64,000 bases of DNA from Selaginella moellendorffii (lineage: Eukaryota > Plantae > Lycopodiophyta), in the NCBI RefSeq assembly GCF_000143415.4, contig NW_003314316.1, forward strand, positions 391,220 to 455,219, written 5' to 3'. Shown in pieces: positions 1 through 12,485 of the stretch. The position numbers and the translations under genes are program-made. Position 1 is the first letter of the stretch. The number at the start of each line of letters is the position of its first letter. A model generated the notes under the pieces. The model was not told the DNA's origin. It worked only from the letters and a program-made list of their open reading frames with translations, and made no database searches.

Positions 1-2714
1 GTATAGTAGGGATAGTGAGGTCTAGGAACCAGTTTAGAAGGAACTCTCCAGTGGGGCTTCCAAACTGACTTGAGGTCGGGATTGGGACCGAGGGGCCTTG
101 GGTGGGAGTGAGCATGGACTTGGTTGGTGCCGGAGGGGCCATCCAAGGAAGTGCTCAAGAGCAGCTCCCACTCCCGAAAGGGAAACCGACTGCGGTGCTC
201 CTGGCTCATGTGGAGTGGTGCGTTAGGGTAAGGGACTTAACGTACCCTAGGGCTCACAGTGGAGGGGCGGCGCAGTGGAGCTTTTGAGGTAGCTCGGGGG
301 TGGTTGGGTTGTGAGGAACCTCAAGAGGTGGCGTAGCATAGTCTAGAGCAACTAGATCTTTATCTTTTTGCGCCAGATCATAACATGCCCCACTTGAGTA
401 CCATGCGGCTCATTGATCCTCGCCCTTCCTAGGGGCTTAGACCTTCCCTTCGGGATGGAAGTGGGGGGGGTAGAGGTACCCATACCGGGCTGCTAGGCCA
501 TGGTGTTACACCCGGTGTCCCGAAGCAAGTGTTGCACCCAAGACTTGGGATTTAGAGGGTCCCATGATCAAGTCTTATGGTGCCAAGAGAGGTTAGGAAC
601 CTGGAAGCTTGGTGTGCTTGGCTGCTTGTGCTTGTGGGGAGTGTAGCCGAACCTTAAGTCCAGTCTAACCCGGGGAGGGGGATTGGGAGAGATTTGGGAA
701 TCCGTGGATGGATGGCTAACACTCCGTTGCTCATGCAGTGAGTTGCTAAAACCAAGTAGGACCAAGTGGGAGCTGGTACCATAGGCGGGAACCTTGGCGA
801 GGGAACTTAGCAAAAGCCAAGGCAATGTTGGATGGGTATACGAGGTAAGCTGGCAAATTGGAAAGGAAAAATTTGTGGCTTACAATAAGTTGGTGCACCA
901 ACGTGGGGAGCTACGCCAGGCATCTTGTGGGATGCTGTCCCTAGATGCATATACGAAGGTTGGGTTCAAGTCCCAACCCTCTAATGCTTGGGTTTGAGTC
1001 CCAAATCACTAGGGCGTGGTGATGGTTTGGAATATGAGGACACTTATTTTTCAGTGGTCATAGACTCTCAGTCAGGAGACTGGTTTAGGCACACTGCCAA
1101 GCGAGGGATGCCTCGGAGTCATGATGCACAGTTAAATTGTCTAGTGTGAAAGCTTGGAATATCTAACTTGAGCACTTTGGTGCAAGTAGTGCCAAGGCCG
1201 TGGTGAATGAGATGGGGACACTCAGTCTCAATTGTTATGGACCCTTGGCCGAAAGGGTTAGTTTGGGCACACCGCCAAATGCGAGGGATGCCCTCGAGGT
1301 CATGGTCAACAACTTAAAGGTCTAGAAGACCAAATATCTATTTGCAAATCGATTAAGGTGCCAAGGTGAGATCACTAGGTGATCTTATGGCCAAATAAGG
1401 ACAAAGTCCTTGTTTGGTTAAGGAATAAAGTTCCTAGTTCAAAATGTTGATTTGAACTGTTTATGATGGTGTGGTTTGGTCAAAGTGACCAAGTGGGAAA
1501 AACAAAAAAAGAAAATAAGTTGTGCCAATACAATGGTATAATGAGTCAAAGAAAGTAGTCTTTAGGAAAGACCTATGGGAGGGTCACAAAGTTGAGCGGT
1601 GGACAGAGCCCATAACAGAAAATGCTAAAGAGACTTACTAAGGGTGAGTGCCCTTTGGACCCAGCAAAGTAGAACCTTTGCCATAGAACCTAAAAGGATA
1701 CCTCAAGAATGGAAGTAATCATCTTATGTTGTTTGGTGCAATAATCAACAGATAGGAGCAAAAGACTAGTGGCCAAATGTGGGCTATAAAATTCATTAAA
1801 AGCAATCTAAACTACAAAGCTAAGTAAGGAACACTAATGTGTTGGATGTTAACGAATTGTAGGAAAGGAAGTGTATTTCCAAGGATAGATTCCCAAATGC
1901 TTCAATTTGGCAAAAGTGAAAGCTCCAAGGAAGGGAGCAGCAAAATAGCCAAATGATGGGTCGTAAACAGCTCTAGCACAACTTACGATAGTTGAAACTT
2001 AGTGCTAAAGATGACACAAAATAGAAAAGAAGATGATAGTGCCCATAAGTAGAGAACTTTCTAGGATGGGGAAGTGGAATTGCACAATATGTGCAATAAA
2101 AAGTGTCGAAGACACCTAGGAAATTTACTTCGAAAAGTCAAAATTAAAAGTTCCAAAGTAGAATGGTGATATCGATAGAAGTTGAGACTACTCAAGAATG
2201 AGTAGCAGGATTGAGATAGAGGAAGTGTCTCTAATGGGTTTAGTGAGAACTAAACCATTGAAAGGGAGAGAACCACCATAGGTGGTCGATCAAGTCTCTA
2301 TGTTAAGGAGAGTATGCTCCTTAAAGGATGAAGAAGATATGGTGAACCTTTGGTGTCGAACCATTGACTAATATTGGCTAAGTGCCAAAGATGGGAAGGG
2401 TAATATATGTTGGTATTACTTTATAAAATGGTTTACTGTTCAATAAGGATATCAAACTTCGTCTATGGGTGGTGGAGTTGTGAGACACAAATCCCTAAGC
2501 CCCAAAGTGGAGCCAAAAGGGTGCCACATAGTAGTGGCCGAAGCGAAAGCCAAACGAGTGTAACACGTTTGAACTAAAAGCTCCGACTTGAAAAGTCAAG
2601 AGCGGGAGTGGAACTTCTAATGATGTGCTCGAAGAACAAGCAAAGCGAGCAATAAGCGAGTCTCTAGAAAAGTGACACAAGAAGACCAATATATGACACG
2701 TGGAAGTGTCTGAA

Positions 2715-3110
2715 ATGGAGTTCAAGATGGACCTGAGATGGACCTAAGATGGAGTCCGAGATGGACCTGAGATGGACCCAAGATGGAGTTTGAGATGGAG
2801 TTCGAGATGGATCTAAGATGGACCCGAGATGGAGTTTGAGATGGACCCGAGATGGAGTCCAAGATGGAGTCTGAGATGGACCCAAGATGGACCTGAGATG
2901 GAGTCTGAGATGGAGTTCGAGATAAACTCGAGATGGACCTAAGATGGAGTTCGAGATGGACCCGAGATGGAGTCTAAGATGGACCCAAGATGGAGTTCGA
3001 GATGGAGTCCGAGATGGACCCAAGATGGAGTCTGAGATGGAGTCCGAGATGGACCCAAGATGGAGTCTGAGATGGAGTCCGAGATGGACCTGAGATGGAG
3101 TCCGAGATGG
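2715..3110. repeat. Minisatellite of 11-13 bp units (GAGATGGACCC / GAGATGGAGTCT / GAGATGGAGTTC)
   Basis: About 30 visibly repeated AGATGGA-core units. Confidence 0.95.
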
Positions 3111-3116
3111 AACCGG

Positions 3117-3240
3117 GACCGAGACTGAGACTGAGACCGAGACCGAGACTGAGACTAAGATCGAGACCGAGACCGAGACCGAGACTGAGACTGAGACCGA
3201 GACCGAGTCCAAGTCCGAGTCTGAGTTCGAGTCCGAGTCT
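3117..3240. repeat. Hexamer repeat (GAGACC/GAGACT/GAGTCC)n
   Basis: Direct inspection. Confidence 0.9.
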
Positions 3241-4551
3241 GAATACTAATACAGGCAATTGGGTGAAAGCCTAAAGCAATCGTCCCCCAGGGGGGGGGGG
3301 GGGGGGGGGCCTTCCGGGCCTTCCCAAAGTTTAGGAAAAAGAGTTTGGGGGGGAGCTAGTTTGGCCAAGAAAGGCCAGTTTGGCCCAAGAAGGCTATACC
3401 CAAATGTTGGGTAACGGGATAACCACTGGGAAGTCCAAAGCTAGAGTGAATATGGACCGACAAGCGGGGTAACTTCGTGAAGTGTTCAAAAGCTGGCTCT
3501 AGTTCCCCCGGGAGATCGAATGGTTGATGCTCCAAGTTCAATCGTGGGTGGCACTACTTGCTTGGATATTTGGCATGGCTCAACGGAACCTTGCTCTAAG
3601 CCCATGGTTAGAGCACCCAAAAGTGGAAGGCAGAGAGAGTATCTACGAGGTTTGCATAGGGCTACGGTGTTCCAAAATGTTGTCCCAAAGGCCCAGACTG
3701 TGGAAAAGAAGAGGAGCAATCCTTTGGTGTAGTGACCAAGGATACAATTGTGTGGTGAGGAAGTCCCAAAAGACTGTGGGACTTAGTGGTCATGCTTGTG
3801 GGCCTTGATCCAATGACAGTGTTGGCAAACACGGCCATGGATAGAAAGGGACTTGGTGGGGACCGGAAAAGGGATATTAGGAAAGGTTATTTCCCATGTC
3901 TGTAAGCATCTTAAGGATGCTAAGGAGTGGATCTAGGATGATCATTCATGGATGGATGGCTTAGTTTTGAGAGACGGGACTGTGATGCAAGTGGTGTTAG
4001 ACCACCAGTGTGACCAAGGTGAAGAGGCATGGCCTTAACGTAACGGGCTGATATGTCGGTGGTACCTTGGGGTGTCGGTCATAGGATCGAACATGTGGAG
4101 CACTTAGACCAAGTGCAAAGGTTGAGTGACATGGATGCCATTCTCGTGGCTAGCAAGCCCCAAGTCCTGAATTGGACTTAAGGAGGTTGTGAATGAGTGG
4201 TCGGAGGTGTAGTTAAGTGACTAAAGTAGAATGGAAAAATTAGTCACTTACAAGTTAGGGCCTTTGGCTTCTCTCTCTATATCCCTGCAAGCAGAGGCGT
4301 ATCACTTGTTTTGTAAGCTAAATGACATCTAGAGCAGCAAAGGTGGCTAACTCTATTAGTCATTTCCTTGTCAGCGACAGTCGAAATATGTTTGAGTTGG
4401 TAGCGCATCTGTGTTAGACAAAGAAGCTACTTTAACTCATTTAAGTTGGTACATTTCTCACATAATGTAATCATCGTGAACTTTGTTTAGAGTTGTTTCC
4501 TTGCCGGTAGTCTAGACTCGAGTATGCATCAATGAGGATGTCGATCTTCCC

Positions 4552-5238
4552 TAAGGGGGGGAGAGTGTCACGAACGTGACTTCGGGTATCGAAAGTTACT
4601 TATTGGCTAGTTTTTCGGATATTCTTTCTTTACTGCCATGACAATAGGAGGTCGGTATTGCTATTTCTTTTTTCAGCCTTTGCCTAAGCTAGTTGAGAAA
4701 CTGGTCTTTGTGTGTGCATTTGATTAGATGAGTATAAGGATGGAATTACTAAGTGCTATTAGTTAAGCATACTTGACTTGGTTAGAGAAACTCATTCATT
4801 GACTTGTACTTGTTAGTGTTAGGAACCCTCGGGATATTGAGCTTGATCCCTCACTATTTACTAAATGATAGTTTACCATGTTTGCCAAACACCCTCGTGG
4901 GGGGAGGGGGGGAGTTCTACATGTATAATAAAGATAGTGGGTAAATTAAGTATGGCTGACCAACTTAAGGTATAATTTAGTTCTTACTTGCATGCTTAAA
5001 TAGTATCAACCTCTTACCATCATGGTAGTAAGGAGAGAGTATCTGTAAAGACTAGGTAACAAATATATTTCAATACCCAAAATCACATTCGCGATAAGCA
5101 TCCTTGGGCATCCTAAGCAGGGAAGACCCTGAAACTTGAGTTTTACTCCATTGTCCTTGGATACATGATATTTGATATATATAGAGTTTAGGTTCCGCTT
5201 AATGGTTATCTTATGGTAAAACACCATAGGATAAAGGG
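4552..5238 (+). mobile_element. Polypurine tract plus putative LTR of an LTR retrotransposon
   Basis: aaggggggagag PPT immediately followed by TGTCAC at 4566. Possible LTR end ...gtgttaCA at 5238. No partner LTR confirmed. Confidence 0.45.
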
Positions 5239-5254
5239 TGAAAACCAAGTGTGT

Positions 5255-6775
5255 TACATTTGTGAAGCTTAAATGTTTACCAAGATTGATCTAGGATATT
5301 ATCATATTGCAATGGATAATGTGTTTATCTTTAAGATAACATTGAATTGGAGCCTCAAACATTTTGAGTTCACACTTATGTGATATGGTTTGACAAATGC
5401 ATTAGCCATATTTACTTAGTTGATAATAAATGTGTTTAAGCATTATTTAAAAAAGTTAATGGAGATTTTTTTGAATAATATACTTGTTCTTAGCAAGAAT
5501 ATAAAGGATCATAAAGTGTATATATACAAGGTTCTCTTGTTAAACAAACTTACATGAAGAAAAGCAAATATGAATTTACAAAGGCACATTAAGCCACATT
5601 GTGACATCTAAGGGTGTCAGAATAAATCTAAAGAAGATGGTTGTGGTGGAAAATTGGACTACATTAACTTTAATGTTGAATTACGCAATTTCCTTTGTAT
5701 GATGTAAATAACCAAATAGAATAACTTGAAAAATGATCCATAAAGTCAAATATAAAAGGAAAGGGCCTATGAATAAGAATGCACCCAATTTTCCAATCAA
5801 TTAAGGGTCTTAAGGTTAAGCATCCTTGGGTTTGAATAGTATTGGGTTAGGTGACCTTCCGAGAAGTTTAAATTTAAGAGTTTATATTTAGTATCAAAGG
5901 GGGTTTTAGGTCAAACTCTATTAATTGACATTTGGTAGGTTTAATTTGCTCCAACTAGGCTCGATCCAAAGGGTAGAGTATCAAAAGAGTGAGGCTCTTG
6001 AGAGAGTTATAGCTCTTAGCTTTCTTTCATGAGGGCATAAATTTACAGGGAAGTGTAATAGATTGTAAACAACTAAAGAGAACGACTTAAGAAATGATTT
6101 ATGGGTTCAAATATAAAAGGAAAAGGCCATGAATAAAAGTGCAGCTCTTTTATTAATCGATTAAGGGTTTTAGGATATTTAGGGTTAAGCATCTTTAAGT
6201 TTGAATAGTACTAGCCTTTTGAGAAGTTTAAATTCAAAAACTTACATATGACTAGTTATTATTAACATTTTTAGTGCTAGTTTTTAAAGTGGCTAATTAC
6301 TATTGACATTTCTAGTGCTAGTTTGCAAAGGTTAAGAATATGCCATCTGAATGGAAGAAGTTATAAAAAGGATAGTTTTATAATTGTTAAGCAAGGCTCT
6401 AATTCTTTGTATTGTTGATCAAAAATTTTATTAGAAGAATTTAAAGGTTAACTTCCTTGAATATTACAAATTATATGAGCTCTATCAATAGGTAAAGGTG
6501 CCACATGAGAAGTTAAAAGGATTTTTACAACCTTTATTTATTCCTCAGCCAATTGGTATAATATCTCTATAGACTTTATCACTTGTTTATTATAAATATA
6601 GAGGCAAAACAAGCTAGTGTGGGTTATAGTGGATCAATTATCGAAATATATATTGTTATTAGCTTTCTAGAAGATTGTCTAAACTTGTCCGCAATATACT
6701 TCAAAAAGGTATTTCCTGATTTTGGTTTGCTATAGAATATTGTTAGTAATTGAGATTCAAAATTCATCAATAGTC
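5255..6775 (+). pseudogene. Heavily decayed Ty3/Gypsy pol (RT and integrase remnants), interrupted by a TRIM
   Basis: Manual translation gives FTKIDL..YYHI, HFEF.LM*YGLTNA, IFLNNILVLSK (YxDD-equivalent region), HIVTSKGV..VVENW, then after the TRIM GFLQPLFIP..WYNISIDFIT, VWVIVDQLSKY, FGL..NIVSN*DSKF. Confidence 0.8.
5703..6246 (+). mobile_element. Cassandra-type TRIM (non-autonomous LTR retrotransposon with 5S rRNA-like domain in its LTRs)
   Basis: LTRs 5703-5886 and 6064-6246 (TGTAAA...TTATA / TTACA). Degenerate Met-type PBS tagtatcaaag at about 5889-5899. Internal region of about 177 bp. TSD TATGA at 5698-5702 and 6247-6251. LTR contains gttaagcatccttgggtttgaatagtattgggttaggtgaccttccgagaagt, matching the 5S A/IE/C-box region. 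Confidence 0.85.
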
Positions 6776-7196
6776 AAAAGGCAGAGATAATAGAATCTAT
6801 ATCTTCCATTAATGCAATTTAACTATAATAATAGCACAATGGAACCCTTTACTTTGAAGGCATCCTTAAACATCATTGGAATAGAAATTGCATTTGAGCA
6901 GGGATATTCAAGATAAATTTGATTAAAAAACGACTAATTAGCCATTTAGCTTTTTGATTAATTGCCAATTCCTAGAATATAAAATAGGAGATTTTGTCTT
7001 TGTGCAAATGATCTTTCTATCAAGCGAGTGATAGAATATGTTAGTGCCTTTGCAAAAAGAGAAATTTTTTTATAAATTGATCTATATATAAAGTGTTTAA
7101 TGTCACCCTCAATTAAGTTAAACTTGACATTAAACTTGATATTAAACTTGTTTGCAGTGAAACGTTCGTAATTAGGGTTCTTGAGAAGAGTGAAAA

Positions 7197-8962
7197 ATGG
7201 GGCCTCTGGGATCGTCGCTGGCGTCTCAGTTTTGGAATGAGGAGGTGGAATCCACGCGCTCGCTGGAGGCGTGCGTCCGCTCGCTCCCGCGCGAGCCGCC
7301 GCCGCTGGCCATGGTGCGCGGCAGCAAAATCTCGCGCTCGCAGCAGCTGCTGCTGCTCCAGAGGCTCCTCCGCTTGCCCTTTGCACCGTCGCTTGCTCCG
7401 GATTGTGATTGCCCTAGCGGGATTGTGCTGGATCGCGTGGTTGCCAGCACTGGTGGAACGAATTGGTAAGGCTTAGGCTCTTTTTTCTCTCTATTTTCTT
7501 TGCTAGTTTAGTTCAGCAGAATGTCTACTGTCCTTTGCCAAACGACGATGAAGAGGAACTAAATTATAATTCAGGTGGGCGACTCTAACGGGGCGACTGC
7601 GAGTCCAGAGACTGTTTGCGAAGCGTTCCGGAGCTAAGTTGGAGCTGAATGGTTTCTCCGAAGCAGCAGCAGAGAAGCAGCAGCAGCGTGATGGCAAGTG
7701 GACGTATGCCAAGCGTCTTCTTGACAAATCGCTCTACGCATTGTGCATGCGAACAAAGCTTCTGCTTGGTCCCTCCACGTCGTTAAGCATCAAGGCCGAG
7801 ATGGACTCGCTAGAGGACTGGGGATCGAGCGAGGTTCCTATGAGAGTTCACTCCAAGCTCCTTCACAAGGTACGCGGGCTCATTTTTTTCCTGGTTTTCC
7901 TCTGAGCCAAGTTTTTCCAGGTTGGTTGGTCGCTCGAGTCGAGATAAGAACCAGTTTTGATGCTCTCGTATTGTGGATGCCTGCAGCTCAAGAAGCACGA
8001 TTTATCACTGGAGGCTGCATGGCACGAACGTTTCATGGACAGAGAAGCTCGTTACTGGGACGTTCCACAGGCTGTCTCACTCGACATAGCGTCTGTGGGA
8101 TTGAGCTCGGGCTTATACTACAGGCTTGGTGTCCACCATAGCTCGGGACAATCGCAGAATTGCTGCGGAGGGGCCGGAAAGGAGATTCCATGGGGGGCAA
8201 TGCCTGGAACTTGTGCTCAAGCAGCTGTATCTTATGGGAAGGAGATTGATATCTGGAAGGAAGACGATGCTCACTTTGGTCGGAAGCTTCACAAGCCTTA
8301 CAATCTTCTAGCTGCTCGTCCACATATCACACTTTCAGGAGTTGTCGGTAAGTCTCCTCCTAGAGGAACGGAGTTGTTATCTTTTTTATACAGGTGGTGT
8401 GGTGAATGCAAGCCTTGGACAGAGAAAGCAGCCTCTCAACGCTGCGAATCCTTCGCTGGTGAAATCAAATGGCGATCGCTCCGTCTCGGCCGATGCATTT
8501 GGCTCGCTGGGAGTGACGGCACAGTTCGGCCTCTTTCAGAGGTTTCTGCTCGATCACACCAAGTTTGCTGCTAGAGTTGATATTGGAGGAGCTTCTTCCA
8601 CGGTTTGCGCAAGGACTTTGAGCGCAAAGTCATCATCGCCTTCTCTTGCCGATGGACAGAATGGAATTACGTTCGCTCTTACTATGCAGCAGCAGGTTTG
8701 CTCGTCTTTGTTCCTTGTCTTTGTTTTTCGTCTTGAGGACACTTTTCTTGTTTTTGCTTCTCAGGTGCTCGGACCCCTTCGTGCTCGTGCGGATTCCAGA
8801 TTCTCCCCGGATCTCTCGACGTGGAACGCTCGCCCAGCTCTCCAAGAGGTAACATATGGCTTAGATTGCTCCTTGGAGTCTCTAGGTGCTGCGAAGCTTG
8901 TAGTTTGGTACTGTCCGACACGCTCGGAAGGTATGGCAGAAATTCGTTTACTTGAGATATGA
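7197..8962 (+). CDS. TGD4: Trigalactosyldiacylglycerol 4 (chloroplast outer-envelope lipid transfer), multi-exon
   Basis: N-terminal FWNEEVESTRSLEACVRSLPREPPPL..RGSKISRSQQ; YWDVPQAVSLDIAS; C-terminal GAAKLVVWYCPTRSEGMAEIRLLE. Confidence 0.85.
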
Positions 8963-9172
8963 AAGTTGGATTGGCGTGGTGGCGATGATTCCCGACGCCA
9001 AGACGACGAATTTTCAGAGCGCTCTAACCGAGAAGAAGGTTTGTTTGTAATCGATAAGTAAAGCTCTTTCCTTGTCTCGGGAAAATTTTCGAAGAAAACC
9101 AGGAAAAAAATGAGTTTTGAAAACATAACTTTGAATGTTTCTGTTTATTTGCTACAATATTATAAATTCATC

Positions 9173-10651
9173 TCAGTATTTGAGATGGTCTCTAAGCTTC
9201 CGCACGGCCGCTTTCAACGTATCCTCATCCTTGCAAAAGGCAAACCTCACCAAATGCTTGCCATCCTGTGGATCTTCGTAGAAACCACTGGGAGGAATCG
9301 CTGCCACTCCCACCTTGTGGACCAGATGCATGCAAAACTCCATGTCGTCTTTGAAGCCAAACGGAGTATGATCCACCATGACGAAGTACGTCCCCTGCGG
9401 CTCATAGACCTTGAATCCCACCTCCTTGAGCCCCTGGACGAGGATATCTTTCCTGGCGATGTAAGCGCTCCTCAGATCCTGGTAGTAAGACTCTGGAGCC
9501 TCGAGCGCTGCCACAGCACCCCATTGCAGCGGAGTGGCCGTCGAGAATGTGATGTTGGAGTGAGCTTGCCGGATGCCATAGCTGAGATGCGGGGGAGCGA
9601 TCGCCCAGCCAACTTTCCAGCCCGTGAACGAGTACGTCTTCCCCATGGAGCTCATCGTCACGGTCCTCTCGAACATCCCTTTGATCGACGCGAGGGAGAC
9701 GTGCTCGCCATCGAAAACCAGCCTGCTATACACCTCGTCCGTGAATGCCAAGACATCGTGCTCCACGCACAAGGACGCGATGAGCTCCAGCTCCCCCCGG
9801 GAGAAAACTTTGCCGGTCGGGTTGTGAGGGGTGTTGACGAGGATCGCTCGGGTTTTGCTCGTGAATGCCGCGCGGAGCTCGTCCTCTGGCACTGCGAATC
9901 CATTCTCCGGCCTGAGCACCACCGTCTTCATCTTCGCGCCAACCATCGCTGTGACTACCTGGTAGACGTCGAAGAAAGGAGCAAACATGATGATCTCGTC
10001 GCCCGGATCGAGCAAGCCCAGAATCGTGGAAGAGATGGCCTCCGTGCAGCCGCAAGTCACCGTGATCTCGGTGTCGGGATCCACTTTCAAGCCAGTGTCC
10101 TTCTCAAACCTTCTGGAGATGGCGGCATTGAGCTCTGGAACTCCAAACCCCCGCGCGTACTGGTTTCTTCCCACTGTCCGGAGCGCCTGGATCGCGGCCT
10201 CGCGGATGAAATCCGGGCCATCGAAGTTGGGGAATCCCTGCCCGAGATTGATCGCCTGGTGCGTGAGCGCCAGGGAGCTCATGAGCGTGAAGACCGTGGG
10301 CTGGAACTGCTCCAGCCGCTTGGAAACCTGGAAAATCTCGCGAGAATCTCATCACAACCATATCGATTGAGTGGAGTGGCAAAATCTCACCTGGAGAGGG
10401 CGAGACATCACGGCAGAGGCAGCGGCAGCGGCAGCGGCGACGCCATTCCCCACCACCTCGTCCTTCTGCGCAGTGGCCGCCATTCTCACGCCGCCGGATC
10501 GCGGCGGCGACAATGGAGGAGGAGGATCTCCAATGGCGTGCGCGTGACCTAGAGATGAGGCTCGCAGCAATGGCTGGCTATGGCGGACGCCGAATATTCC
10601 CGCTAGTGATGAAGAGAGCTCCATTAGAGTCCTTCTAGGACTCCTCCTCAT
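9173..10651 (-). CDS. Class I PLP aminotransferase (kynurenine/methionine aminotransferase type) with probable transit peptide, 2 exons
   Basis: AINLGQGFPNFDGP, NTPHNPTGKVF, DEVY, SMGKTYSFTGWKVGW; GT-AG intron 10328-10390; start could be 10651 or 10624. Confidence 0.9.
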
Positions 10652-10683
10652 CCCCTCTTCTTCCAAGAACCCAGTATAAAGAA

Positions 10684-12462
10684 ATGGCGATTCTAGATCC
10701 AGGAAGAACAAACCTCTCGCGATTCCGGGAAGAACAGAGCTCCTCCTCCTCCAATTCCAGCCCCGGTGGCGATGACGCCGTGGAATCCTTCGCGCAGCAG
10801 CTAAAATCCTCGGCCAGATCCCAAAATCTTGGCGAGGGCCGGCGAGTCCACTCCCGGATCCTCGAATCCGACCACTCCGGCAATCGCTACCTGGAAAATC
10901 TCCTCATCGACATGTATGGCAAATGTGGCAGCGTGGAGAACGCGCGCCAGGTCTTCAACTCGATCGCTCGCCCCAATCCCTTCTCCTGGACGATCATGAT
11001 CCAGGCCTACGCACACAACGGGTATCTGTCCGAGGCGCGATCGATGTTCTACGCGCTCCGGGATCCCTCGATCGTGGCGTGGAACACGATCATCTCCGCA
11101 CACGCCCAGCTAGGGTTCCTCCGCGAGGCGCGCGATCTGTTCAATCGAATGCCGGAGAAGGACGTGGTATCGTGGAACGCGATGATCGCAGCGTATGCCC
11201 AAAATGGGCATCTGGGATCCGCGAGAGCGATGTTTGATTCGATGCCGCGGAAGAACGTTGTGTCGTGGAACACGATCATCACTGCGCTCGCGGAGAATGA
11301 CGAATTGGAAGAAGCCCTAGCGATGTTTGAGAAGATGCCACAGAGAAACACAGTCTCTTGGAACGCTATCATCGCAGCACTTGCCAGGAGTGGGCATTTG
11401 GAGGAAGCGCGGGAATTTACGGCCAGGATGCCCCGTCCGGACGTGGTCGCACGGACGGCTGTGATTGCAGCATACGGCGAGAGCGGGCAGCTCATAGCTG
11501 CCCGGAGCTTGTTCGAGGAGACGGCTGAGATGTGCCAGGGGGACGTGATCCTGTGGACCACGATGATCGCGGCATATGCGCAGCACGGGTATCTCCAAGA
11601 TGCCAGAGAGCTTTTTGATCGCATGCCTCACAGGAACGTAGTGTCGTGGTCTGTGATGATTGCAGCTTATGCCAAGTGTGGGCGTGTGGAAGAGGCCAGA
11701 GTTATGTTTGATCGAGCTTCTCGAAAGGACATCATCGCATGGAACACGATGATCCAAGGCTATGCACAGAACGGGTATTGGATCGACGCAAAGAGTGTTT
11801 TTGATAGCATGCCACAGAAGGATTCCTTCTCCTGGAACGCCGTGATGAACGCTTACATACTCAGCGGCCAGTTCGAGGACGCCGAGGATTTCTTCCAGGA
11901 GATGCCGCAGCGGGACGTCGTGTCTTGGAACTCGCGGATTGCTGCTTTCTCTCTGCGTGGAAAGCTTGAGCAAGCGAAGGTGGTGTTCGAGAGGATGCCG
12001 GAGATGACTTTGGTTTCGTGGACGAGCATTGTTGGAGCGTTCGCGCAGGCGGGACGAGGGAGAGTTTCGCTGGATCTGTTCCGGAGGATGGAGCAAGAGG
12101 GCGTGATGGCGGACGAGTTTAGTCTGGTCACCTTGCTCACGGCTTGCAGCCACTCGGGGTTGACGGAGGAAGCGTGCACAAACTTTGTAGCGATGACTGT
12201 GGATCGAGGCTTGAGTCCCGGCGTGGAGCACTACTGCTGCATGGTTGATGCTCTTGGGCGAGCAGGGAGGCTCAAAGATGCTCAAGAGCTCGTCGACAAC
12301 ATGCCTTTCGTCGTGGATAGTATGCCATGGTCGATCCTGCTGGGTGCCACTCGGGTTCAAGGCGATTCTTGGCTAGGAGCCAGCGTTGCTAGCAACGTTG
12401 AGCCGCAGAGATCGTCGCTCTATATGCTGCTCACGAGCACCATTTCGTCGTCAAGTAGCTGA
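10684..12462 (+). CDS. PLS/SS-class PPR protein with truncated E domain
   Basis: Intronless 592 aa; MYGKCGS, repeated 31-aa VVSWNAMIAAYAQNGH motifs, EHYCCMVDALGRAG. Confidence 0.95.
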   Translation: MAILDPGRTNLSRFREEQSSSSSNSSPGGDDAVESFAQQLKSSARSQNLGEGRRVHSRILESDHSGNRYLENLLIDMYGKCGSVENARQVFNSIARPNPFSWTIMIQAYAHNGYLSEARSMFYALRDPSIVAWNTIISAHAQLGFLREARDLFNRMPEKDVVSWNAMIAAYAQNGHLGSARAMFDSMPRKNVVSWNTIITALAENDELEEALAMFEKMPQRNTVSWNAIIAALARSGHLEEAREFTARMPRPDVVARTAVIAAYGESGQLIAARSLFEETAEMCQGDVILWTTMIAAYAQHGYLQDARELFDRMPHRNVVSWSVMIAAYAKCGRVEEARVMFDRASRKDIIAWNTMIQGYAQNGYWIDAKSVFDSMPQKDSFSWNAVMNAYILSGQFEDAEDFFQEMPQRDVVSWNSRIAAFSLRGKLEQAKVVFERMPEMTLVSWTSIVGAFAQAGRGRVSLDLFRRMEQEGVMADEFSLVTLLTACSHSGLTEEACTNFVAMTVDRGLSPGVEHYCCMVDALGRAGRLKDAQELVDNMPFVVDSMPWSILLGATRVQGDSWLGASVASNVEPQRSSLYMLLTSTISSSSS

Positions 12463-12485
12463 AAGGAGTGACTTTGTTCCTGCTG

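Noticed and set aside
2664-3258. ORFs with SVSV/LGLG repeats; CRISPR-like appearance
   Set aside because: Translation of a minisatellite; no unique spacers or cas genes, and eukaryotic context
5810-5870. Stand-alone 5S rRNA gene
   Set aside because: Only the internal portion, degenerate, and repeated within the two LTRs of a TRIM
9110-10552. 480-aa plus-strand ORF
   Set aside because: Antisense shadow of the GC3-rich aminotransferase; no motifs
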